Assembly: GCF_018977255.1 (NCBI RefSeq)
Contig: NW_024704743.1
Coordinates: forward strand, 41,294,001 to 41,358,000
Reading direction: 5' to 3'
DNA: 64,000 nt
Origin: Callorhinchus milii
Lineage: Eukaryota
Below the pieces are notes generated by a model. The model searched no databases and had not been told where the DNA came from. It saw nothing but the letters and a program-made list of their open reading frames with translations. How positions within the stretch are numbered: position 1 is the stretch's first letter; each line of letters starts with the position of its first letter. Both the position numbers and the translations under genes were made by a program. Positions 51,878-63,111 of this stretch are shown here, in pieces.

Positions 51878-53280
51878 ATACAATTTACATTTATATAGCA
51901 TCTTTCACATCAGGAGGATGTCTCAAAACGCTTCACAGTTCTGCATGGGCACCTGGACTGGTGGTGAGATCCAAGGGAATGGGGAGGGGAAAAATAATGG
52001 AAAGCACGGTCAAAGAGGTATGTTAGCCCTCTACTTACCTCCCAGCTCCACCTCCCTATCCCTAATAAATGACATCATGACCCTCTCTCTGTCTACTGGG
52101 ACCATTTCCACCCCTTTAAAAACAGACGTCATTACCACCATCCTCAAAAAACGTCTCCATACCCTTCTCCCTTGTCAAACTACCAACCCATCTCCAACTT
52201 TCTTTCCAAGTTTGTGGAACAAGCCATTGCTTCCGAGCTTTGCTCTTTTCTCTCCCACAACCTTCCATGTTTGAACCTCTCCAATCTGCTTTCTGCCCTG
52301 CCCATAGTACAGAGACAGCGTTACTCAAAGTTACAAATGGCATTCTGTCTATTTTAAGCAGGGCTTTCTCTGTCTTCTCATCCTTTCTGGTCTTTCTGCT
52401 GCCTTTGACACTGTTGAACACTCTTCTCCACCTCCTCCCTTCTCAGCACCTCCTTCATGACTCTTCCTTGCCTGGTTCCATTCTTATCTTTCCCATTGTC
52501 TACACTTTGTTTCAATCAATGGCTTCTCCTCTATCCCTTGCCCCATCACATGTGGTGTTTCCAGGGCTCTATCCTCGGTCCTCTCCTTTTTAATAATTAC
52601 CTGCTCCCTCGGGGATATTGTCCACTGGCATGGGATTATTAACTTCACCATGTATGCGAATGACACCCAACTCTATCTTTCTGTCTTCACCCTCAACTCT
52701 AGGACCACTGCTATCCTCACGGATTGTCTATCAGACATCAAGTCCTAGAAGAGAGCCAATTTTGCACTCTTGAATATTGTCAAGACCGAGGTCCTCCTGA
52801 TTGGCTTCCGTCAGCACCTCCTCAATTCAGGCGCTAACAGCATTACTATTATTGGATGCACACTCCACCTCACTGAGCCAGTCCGGCGTCTTGTTCGAAC
52901 TTCAATCGTCCTTTAAACCCCACATCCGTACCATGACCCGTTCTGCCTTACCCCACCTCCTCATTCATGCTTTCATTAAGTCCAGGCTTGACTATGCTAA
53001 CTCCTTGCTCACTGGACTTCCCAACTGTTCCCTCCTCAAGCTGCAGATTATTCAGAAGACTGCAGCCTGTGTGCTCTCTCTTGCACCAAGCTCCAGCTTG
53101 TGTGATCACCCCCATCCTTGCTCAGCTTCACTGACTCCCTATCACCCAGAATGGCTGAAATCCCACCTGCCAATGGTGGGGTGACAGGGTGGGGGGTGTA
53201 AAGTGGGCCGGTGCTCATAAAGTAAAGGGAGTGACAGGGTCATTAGAAGGTCACAAAAGTATGGTGAGACCGAGGTTATG
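51878..53280. mobile_element. L2 LINE in three pieces (tail minus, body plus, penultimate segment minus)
   Basis: Plus-strand 52025-53150 encodes NYQPISN, HSTETALLKVTN, a MYANDTQ motif and SRLDYANSLL; the flanks are minus-strand L2 3' parts. Confidence 0.85.
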
Positions 53281-53744
53281 CTAAAGTGCCTCTATCTACC
53301 ACCCAACCAACCAATCTACCTCTTGGGGAGATGTTTTGCTTAGGTACTTCCATATATATATATATATATATATTTATTTATTTATTTATATATGTTTTCA
53401 TTCCTGCAAGTCTATTATTCAAGACTCCTTCACCATCAATATGCCCCTGACCCCATTAAAACAGAAACCTTCACAGAGTATTTTTTCATCTCAGTTTGGA
53501 CATAAACTTCCAGCACTGTTCCCAAGCTAATACTTATCCAGGTTGTACTTGAAAGAATTAATCGTCACAGGATCAACTCTTTTTCCTTTCTCAATCTGTT
53601 TCATATATTCACTACCCTGTGGGGTAGTGAACAAACAATCTTCACATTTCTGGACTTGCAAGAGGCTTGTTATTTTTAAATCTGTGATTTCTAGTTCTAA
53701 ACTGATTTCCATATCAAATAGCCTGCTTACCTCTACAATGGGTC

Positions 53745-53925
53745 ATGCTGGCTCAGTTGGTATCAATCTCACCTCTGACTCAGAAGCCCCACGTCAGAAC
53801 TCACATAGTCTGGACTGACATTTCAATGCAGTGCTTCAGGTGTGTTGCATCAATACAGTTGCCATCCTTTAGATAAGATGTTAAACTGAGATCCCGATTG
53901 CCTCTTTAGGTGAATGTTAAGATCT
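53745..53925 (+). mobile_element. Deu-domain SINE 5' part
   Basis: GCTCAGTTGGTATCAATCTCACCTCTGACTCAGAAG..GATAAGATGTTAAACTGAG..AGGTGAATGTTAAGATC. Confidence 0.7.
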
Positions 53926-54259
53926 GTAGATTTCTGTACCCTCTGAAATACTAAGAAAGTACTGTAAGTCTTAACTTCGGTAGAATTTCTCCCTAATGTT
54001 AAGGAGGCAAATAGAAGATAATTTAAATGTTTTGGTTAGCCGAGTGTCTGACATATGTATAAACCTATTACCATGCTTAAAAGTATCCAAACCAAACTCA
54101 GATTTTCAAGCATCCCAACTACAAATGGAAATCCCAGAGATGGATTGTTGTAATGGAATGTGCACTTTTTCCCTACAGGGACGCACCCTGCTTACCTAAT
54201 TCTGGAAAGCATGAGGCACAGGTTGGCAAGAGCCACAGCTTGAGGACCTCAGAATGTGT

Positions 54260-54645
54260 GTTGGGGTACTGCTGGAGTCTAACCAGCTAAAGCCACATAG
54301 CTTGCCATTGATTTCACTGTCGGGCAAGGTTTCCTGCTGCTTGTCCAACTAGGACCACCCTACCCATTAGGGCTTTGGTTTGCAGGGTTAACAGGAGCTG
54401 AGTGGGATGACTCCCTGCCCCCGTAACTGGTCTGCCCTACCAGGTCCTGCCAATGAGCCAGGCTGGCTGTGCTGTCATCATCTGTGCCCTGGAATACTGT
54501 GGACCTGCCTGGCTCAGAAACCGGACTACCAAGACCGCCACAGAGGGCTGGCTTCGATTCCGAAATTCCATTGCCAGCATTTCACTTTGGAGCCAGTTTA
54601 GTTCCAAAGAAACCCTGTTTACTTCTTCCCCATGAAGGCAAGTCA
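54260..54645 (+). repeat. Unclassified dispersed repeat family, longest copy
   Basis: Diverged partial copies at about 21455-21540 (-), 30488-30545 plus 31520-31640 (+), 41395-41525 (-) and 49610-49800 (-). Confidence 0.75.
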
Positions 54646-54681
54646 TTAGTTGGTTATTGGACATCCAGCGAGCACAGGTTT

Positions 54682-54843
54682 ATTAATAATAATAATAATC
54701 CTTACATTTGATATAGTGCTTTTCAAGTTTTCTAGACGTCTCAAAGCGCTTCACAGAATAGACTGTAAAGTGAATTGACTGTATATTTATGGGCGAAATG
54801 CGGCAGCCAATTGCGCACAGCAGTGTTTCAGAAACAGTCGTAG
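54682..54843 (-). mobile_element. 5'-truncated tRNA-Ala SINE (3' half)
   Basis: Matches the 3' half of 35799-36100. Confidence 0.9.
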
Positions 54844-54859
54844 TTTGATCCCACACTAG

Positions 54860-55000
54860 GTTGAAGGTAGGTACAAGGAACTCCCTGCGATCCTTCTGGT
54901 AGGCAACACATCTCAGCATGAAATGCTTGAGAGCATTTCCACTGTCTTCCTGTGTGCAGCTCAGGCACACATCCCTTCCCATCGAGCGATGGTCCACGAA
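54860..55000 (-). mobile_element. Non-LTR retrotransposon C-terminal CCHC zinc-knuckle fragment
   Basis: VCLSCTQEDSGNALKHFMLRCVAYQKDRREFL. Confidence 0.6.
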
Positions 55001-55091
55001 TAAGAAAGAAACAGAGTTGGAGAGACAACTCTAAAATAAAAAAAATCTTGATGTAACAATCAAGTGAATAATACAGAGGTGATTTTTCTAG

Positions 55092-55922
55092 TCATAGAAT
55101 CATAGAATCGTACAGCACAAAAAGAGGCCGTTCGGCCCATTGAGTCTGTGCCGGCTCTTTGAAAAGAGCAATGTAATGTCAATCCCACTGTAGGCAGCCC
55201 TTTCCCCATAACCCTGCAAACCTGTGCTCCTCAAATAACCGTCCACCGTGTTTTTGAAAGTTGTTATCGAATCGGCCTCGACCACCCTTTCAGACAATGT
55301 ATTCCAGAATCGAACAACTCGCTGTGTGAAAAAAAAATTCTCACCTCCCTTCTGCTTCTTTTAGAGACTATTTTGAATCTGTGACCTCGAGTCACCGACA
55401 CACCCACCAGTGGAAACAGTTTTTCCCTTTCTAAACTATCAAATCCCCTCATGATTTTGAAAAGCTCTATTAGGTCTCCTCGTAACCTTCTCTGCTCCAA
55501 TGAGAATAATCCCAGCCTCTCGAGCCTTTCCTCATAATCAAGGTCCCTCATTCCTGGTACCATTCTTGTAAATCTCCTCTGCACCCTTTCCAATGCCTTA
55601 CCATCCTTCCTATAGTGTGGTGCCCAGAACTGGGCGCAGTATTCTAACTGAGACCTAACCAGTGTTTTATATAGGTTAATCATAACCTCCTGACTCTTGT
55701 ACTCTATGCCCCTATTTATAAAGCCTAGTATCCCATATGCCCTTTTTACAGTTTTATCTACCTATCCTGCCACCTTCAAGGATTCATTTACCTGAACCCT
55801 GAGGTCTCTTTGTTCCTTCACCCCCTTTAATATTGTATTACTTAGCCTATATTGCCTCCCCTCATTCTTTCTTCCGAAATGCAATACCTCGCATTTCTCC
55901 ACATTGAAATTCATCTGCCATG
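55092..55922 (-). mobile_element. 5'-truncated CR1 LINE (relatively young)
   Basis: WQMNFNVEKCEVLHFG and LYKTLVRSQLEYCAQFWAPHYRKD..LERVQRRFTRM..LFSLEQRRLRGDLIE; 3' hairpin and (ATTCTATG)n-type tail. Confidence 0.97.
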
Positions 55923-57184
55923 AATGAAGAAATGCCTGGATATAAATGCAGACACTTGAGTTGACCCTGCAGTGAAACATAATTCAGAGAATGATATAAA
56001 AATAGAAGTTGTACAGAAACTAATAAAGGCAGAAACAGAGATGGAAAACAGAAGCAGAGATGACACAAAGCATCTCAGCTTTAAATATACCGCTTATCAG
56101 TTCACAAGATAAGGTGTCATCTTGGCTGGAGGTGTCAGCTTTTGAATCATCCATCAAATCATGATCCTGCTTGTCTATTCAGGTGGATATTAAAGATTGA
56201 TGGCACTATTCAAAAAGTGAAGGGAATTTGACCCATTTCCGGCCAACAAACCCCCAGATAAATTGTGTCTGTGTGTTGGACTTTGCAATGTACAAATTGG
56301 TTGCCGAGTTGCCTGCACAATACACAGTCAACACACTTGACATCAATTGCTTAGGAAGTGCTTTGAGACGTCTGAATGTTATAGGTGCTGTATCATTGCA
56401 TCTTAGAGGCAGTTCTCTGATGGTTGCTTCAGTTTTCCAACAACAAGAAGATTCCATTTATAAAGCGCCTTTCACGTCAGGAGGACGTCCCAAGGCGCTG
56501 CACAGTTGGGTCAGTTTCCAATGAATTGCCCTGGTGCTTTCAGTGAGGCATGATGAAACAAGTAGAAAGACAGTGGTGTTCAAAAGCATGAAACTATGTT
56601 ATGTCTGTGAATGAAAAATAAACAGTGACTGGAATGCATAAATTTTATATGGACTGAGAAGGATACAGTATGACTGCCACAAATTGTAATTAAAGTAATG
56701 TAGACTAGCAAGGAAAAATGATTTAAGTTGTAGCATTCTGCAAATTCACAAGATCACAAGGGAGGTTCAGATGAAGAAAGCCTTTCAGCCTATTTGATCT
56801 CATGCAGCCAGAATACCAATCCTTTCATTAACCTAAAGCAACCTTGTTACATATTTGATTTTGGTGCAACAATGCCACAACAGCCCTCAAAGTGTTTATT
56901 TTATTCATGTTCTGGAGCTGTTCAGCACTTTCAACACATGAATTTTGGAATTAGTACTAAACAAGGTAATTGTGGAGAATGCACCTTTAACACTCTGTTA
57001 TTGTAATGAAGATAATTACATTTGTAAAATATTGATGAAGGACTAAATATGAACTGCTTCTCAGTATAAGCCTGGGATCTTTCAGGCAACTATTGCCTAC
57101 TGTCATTCAGCTTGTGTAAAACAATTTCTTTTCTTTCTCTCATTAAATGCTTCTTAATTGCTTCTTACTCTACATTAAAAATAA

Positions 57185-57360
57185 TAATAATTTGGTGACT
57201 CAATCCATGACTGTTTGTGAGACACTGTTGTGCGCAAATTGGCTGCTGCGATTCGCTCACAAAATATACCGTCAATTTACTTTACATTATATTCTGTGAA
57301 GCGCTTTGAGATGTCTCAATGACGTGATAAGGTGCTATATTAAATGCAAGGATTATTATT
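57185..57360 (+). mobile_element. 5'-truncated SINE (Deu 3' part plus tail)
   Basis: TGTGCGCAAATTGGCTGC..GTGAAGCGCTTTGAGATGTC..AAATGCAAGGATTATTATT. Confidence 0.85.
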
Positions 57361-60300
57361 TTCTTATTCCCTTTAAGCTCCAGAACTGCTCTATCTCCCT
57401 GAATTTCTCATACCCCACTCTGCTTGGCTCTCCGCTGCACTGAATCAATGCACAGTTTATTGATCTGAAAGAGATATATCCGCTTAACCAGGGCTTGCTC
57501 CTCAGGAAGTTCCCCCTCCTCCTTCACACCAACATCAGTGGCCGAGTCTTCAGGTTATTATGCTGTTGACCTCTGGAACTCTCTGCTTCTACCCCTCCGC
57601 CTCTGTCTGTCATTTATTGCAACATGTTCCGAGACTTTATCCTTTCTTTTATAAATATATGTTATTGTTGATAGTAGATTGTCGTATTGTTGCAGCTGGC
57701 AATATAAAAAGAGAAGTATGACTGTTTGCTTGGATAGCAACAATGTGACTAGCAGGTCTTACGCTTTCCTAGGTTGCAAGCGATAAGTAGCTGTCATTGT
57801 GGTTTGGGGATGAAAGGTTGGTACCAATGATGGCAGGTCAACCCTGAAGTGTTACTAGCTAGTGTTATTATCAGGAATATAATAATATGGTTCCAGTGAC
57901 AGGATAAAGGGCAATGAGAGGGTGCAATTATCCTTCCTTAATGTTTTGCTAATGCAATCCACAAATTAGGTACTTGGTCTTCACTAACAAATGAAATCTA
58001 TTGTGTAGGCAGTTTCATATTTAAAATTAATAGTTTCTGTCAAATGGAAAAATGTAAACTAATCATAGGAGGAAGAAGGTGAAGAGGAGCAGAATACAGA
58101 AATATTTTCTAAATTGGAAAAGGTGGGTGAAAAATGTGATTTGTGCCTTTAAGTTAATTATTAATATTGGTCTAAAATAATCTTTAATAATCAACAGATT
58201 TGGGTGGGAAATCTTTTGACATCAGCTCAGTGTTTGGGCTTGGAGTCTGGCTGTTGTTTGAATCTGCCCAATGAACCTACAAATTGCAATATTATGAAAC
58301 ATTGTGTTTTACACCCCTCATTCCTTTCCTGTATCACCTAGCTGAAAAGTCAGACCCATCTTTTCCAAGGTTAGGAAACAACCCCTTTTGTTTGAAAAAG
58401 AAACAAATCACTTTTCACGTATCCCCTTTCAGCATTTCCGATAAATTAAAATAAATCCAGTTGGCAATGTATTGTTTTCGTGAACTCTAAGATTGCAGGG
58501 TATCGGCAAAAAGCAGGTAAATGAGACTGAAAGAATTGCTCTTTAAAAGAACAAGTTAAGTGGCCTTCTATCCTGGAAACTGCTTTATTTTAAGTGATTC
58601 AACAAAACACTTTAATTCAGACCAATCCTATTTTGACTGCACCCTTCAGCCAAGAAAAACAAATCCACTTGATACCTGATTGAAACCCTACTCTCCGTTA
58701 CCTCCAAAGGATGAACCCAGACATTTTCAAGAATAAAATGTGTTATCTGATTTACAATCTTATAAACTCATATCAAATAAACTACAAAAAAATGATTTCT
58801 TTCAGATATTGATAACTGTCAGAGCAGATACTGAATCAAAACACAGTATATCGATCTGAAAGAGATATCTCCCCAAAACAATAAATATAGAGAGTCATGG
58901 GAGGCGGACAAAGAGTCATCAAAGACTTGGTAATAATAAGTACTGCCTGGAAATGAAATTACTGCTTTGTATTATTTGGTGTGTTATACCACTTTTAAAA
59001 TTAATTTTTAAATAAAAAGTACTGAGTAAAAATACAAGTAAAGAGAAAATTTACTGTAACTTATTAATACTGAGTCGTATTGCAGATGATCAATGATGTT
59101 TTTCAAGTTATTGCACTGTTTATAATGTCAATGCTGATTGCTCCTTCCAGGTATTAGTTTGCATGTGTACAAACAAGCACTAAGCAGGCAGCTTCCATAA
59201 AAGAACAGGTAAAAGAGGCAAAATAGTTTTGACTTTAGCACAAACATCTGGACTAGCTGCACCAACATGAGGACCAACCCTGTCCTCTCACGCGTCACTT
59301 TTCAGTCACGTTTCACTGGGTTCTTCAAGGCTGACAATAAGCACCAAGGGTTGACATACTTCAAAGTCACCTACTTAGATGGTGAAAGCACAGTCAATGT
59401 TTGAATGGAATTTCTGTTTTGCATATAGCAAATATCTGCAAGCAGTTATAAGCCTCACTGGAAGAATTTATTTCCTATAAGTAAAACTGAGGTTTCAAAG
59501 TAAGATTAATGTTCAGGTTTCAGGAAATGAAACAAAATGAATTCCACACATCATTCTATGAAACATCCCAGCAATTATTCTCTGGGGTTTGAAATGCTGA
59601 CTGCAAATAAAGATAAATTCACTAACATTTTGCCACTCACCTTGCATTAAATTTAAGCCTGACATACCGTAATAAATATCAGGAGTTGTAGGATTGGAAA
59701 TGGTTTGTAGCTATGATAAAAGCATTAAAGAAAGCTAAATATGTTCATTGTTTTGACTATGCAGTAAATAATAACTCCAAAGATATCAATGCTTTAGTTC
59801 CATTGATTTTTTTTTTGTCAGCCGGGTGTCTGACACGTGCCAAAACCCATCACCATGCTTGGGCTAACTAAATCAGACTGAGAGTTCCATAACAACAACA
59901 ACTTGCATTTATATATAGCACCTCATGTAGGGTAGCATCCCAGGATTTGTACATCTCACTTACACATGGAAATTTCCATGTTTGGACTAAAGAGACAATA
60001 TACTGCATATAGTTTTTTTTCAAATTTAGTCCAACCGGCATTTTATTTTTAACTCAGTTTCTTTCAGAATTATTCCTGTAGCATTTGTGAAAAACAACAT
60101 CTTAAAATATGATTCTGTAACTAATGGAACTGAAGGCGTATAACCTGCTGCTTGTTTCCATTGAATGTGTTATGAAGAATGAAGTAGGCAAGCTCAGATC
60201 ATTTGTCTGATTTTGAATTGTATGAACTGGACTGAACAGTACAGCACATCACAAAGTCGCTTGCTTGTCTGCTCAGCCATTGTGTGTTCTTTTGTGCAAT

Positions 60301-62964
60301 GCACCAAGTTGCCAGATTTCATCAATTCACTACAATTACAGTGGAGCAGTAATAAACATAGCAAAATAGAAAAATGAAGTGTATTCAAAGACCAATATCT
60401 GTACCAAATCCACGTTCAAACGTAAAGGCTGTTTACATTTTAAAATCTAACCTAAGGAAATATAGAAGTGAAATTTACAGCATTTCAAATGGATTCATAG
60501 CAATCAAGTCTATTGAAAATGCTGCAAATGTTATCCTACATTTTTACAATATTTTAAATATATAACACATTTTAAGTTTGCTAAAGATTTCACAAAATCA
60601 CACTTTGATTATAGAAAATTATTTTTTAGACTGAAACAGATGGCAAAAATGTTTATGAGCTTATAGAATTTCTTTATTTCAATTCAAATGTTGCACACAA
60701 AAAGCCAAGGTAAATCTAAACTGAAAAGACAAAGTCAGAGATACGGCTGTTTTTTATAATCCTTTCCCTTTCATTAAAGGGATCTTCCCTTGGTCCAAGA
60801 ATGTAAGGGTGACAGGACAAGGTACCTGATGAGGAGATATTATTGTGGATGAGAAAGACAACATTGTAAAAATCATTGCAGAAGAAAGTCATTATTTCAG
60901 ACTTATTTGGAGAACACAGTAAACCAATACATATCCCATGATTGGAAAATTAGAAAAATATACCACAGACCAATTGTTCATAATTCATGTATTGAAGCTA
61001 AAGATGTCCCAATTTAGATTCTGAGCAAATAACATTTGAACTAATTAGGTAATGCTTTCTCTTACGCCCATTCTATGCAAACACTTAGATTGATACATTT
61101 ATCAACAATTGGAGAATTACATGGGTTCCAGGTCAACAAAAGTGGAAAATACTACTTCAACCATCTACCACTCAACAAGGTGGAACACTGTGAGCCTGAA
61201 ACTCCTCTGTTTGTTTAAAACAGGGATTAATTCATTTTAATGAAATTACTTAATTAACAATAATGAAATGGCATTTACATTCAAATCCACTAAATGTCTA
61301 AGTGGCACTTTGTTTGCGTGAATTGAATCCTAGCAACATGCAGGCAAGCAAATTCAATGATAATTTTGCCCCCACTGATAAGGAACCTTGCGGATCCAAT
61401 TTAGATTTGAACCTCAGTAAATCTGTAAATCCACCTGGGGAGTGTGGAATTTGGAACAAACTTGTTAGAATAGTAAGGAAATTTTTCAACAAGGATCTAT
61501 AAGTCCTTGTGGGCATTATTAGAGAGGAATGAATGGTGGGTGAATATCAGCACCCGATTTGAATCAAAATGGAAAAGGGGGCAATGGAGTATGGACAATA
61601 CTGTACCTGCATATACTGACCGCAGAAACAAATGCCCTTCAGTTTTCTCCAGGAAATCTTTTGTATAACACACAGGCTGGTGAGATTTAAGAGAATTCAG
61701 GTCCTGCCAAAGTCTTACAAATACTGCAAATTAAAACTAAAAACAAAGGATAGCTGAAAGAAAGATAGGACATCCCAGGAGAAATTATGATTTTTTTGGT
61801 CAGGTGGGTTTCTGACATGCAGCTTTTCATACTGTACTAATTCGGGCTTTGTTATGTATCCCACACCCTCTCTTGTATTGGCCAAGGCTTCCTATTCTAC
61901 AACCCTAACCGCCAGAACTCCCTTCCTCTATTCTTTGTCTGACTCCCTTTCAATATCTATCTTAGTCTATTTTTGACCACATCCATGATCACCTCTCCCT
62001 CGTCCCTGCTCAGCATCAGACCCTATCTTGGTGAAGTGCTCTGAGAGATTGTCCTATGTGATATATTGGTTTTGGGGGTTATATGATATGTGCTAAATAT
62101 CTAATGGAACACTGAGTTTCTCCTGAGTACTTTTTCTCTTTTTTAAAGGAATTGATCCAGAAGCCTCTATAGTCTGAATATTAATGGAACAAAGGCTACA
62201 TTGGATGTGTCATATTTCATTCCATGGACCTGGGGGGGTAGTGCTTGAATTAAATCGAAAATTTATAATAAGGCTTTATTATTCTCCAATGCTAAAGCAT
62301 TCAAAATAATGTAGGTGTAAGCTTCAATGTGAAAATTTGAGCACCTTTATTCTGAAAAATAAGTAAACAGTTTAGTTTAATTTCATTTAATGGCAAGCCT
62401 GGCACCTGGCGTTTGCAAGTGAAGTTTTGTCTCCAGTGAACCCATGGGTGCGAGATTCTAGCACAAATCTCTCTGTCTGTCTGCTGAATTGTAAACGTGT
62501 CAGACTGGCAGTGAGACTTGACGTTAGCAGATGTGTGCGCTTGGCAGAATTTGCATTTAGCAGTAATAAACGTGAGTCATACTAAACAATGGGCATGAGC
62601 ATTTTACTGAATACATTTCCATCTTATATTATCCTTCCAAGGTTTAAGATTAAACATACTTAATACCCATATTATTAAGTATACACAGAGTCACAGTTGT
62701 AGGCCAGTGCACTAATCTATCCGCATTATGGATTAATTCCAGAGCAATTTACAGACTTAAAAACATAGAACATAAGTATACCATCAGGCAATGACAGATT
62801 GTGTCATGGTTTATTAAATCAATATCTTCTTAAGACTAAACAATAAATTTATATAATTGATGTAGTTTGTCAATTTCCCAAATTATTTCAAAACATACAC
62901 ATAGTTCTTATGATATGGCACGCATAAAACAAACATTCTGCAAAAGTTAAACACTTTAAAATGG

Positions 62965-63100
62965 AATGTAGAAAGATACTAGGTCATGTTTAGGTTAGAA
63001 AGCAGGGAACATTTCTTTGCACAGAGGATTATTAACAGCTGGAACAGGTTATTAAGAAGAGTTACTGAGGCCAGGATCCTGCACTCATTTAAGATATGGT
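62965..63100 (+). mobile_element. CR1 3' fragment
   Basis: FRLESREHFFAQRIINSWNRL..V.EA..L.SFK, a typical CR1 ORF2 end. Confidence 0.75.
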
Positions 63101-63111
63101 TTAAAAAAAAT

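Noticed and set aside
59239..59381. Possible plus-strand coding exon (TNIWTSCTNMRTNPVLSRV...)
   Set aside because: There is an open frame and an AG acceptor, but the donor is weak, no protein is recognised and no partner exons are evident.
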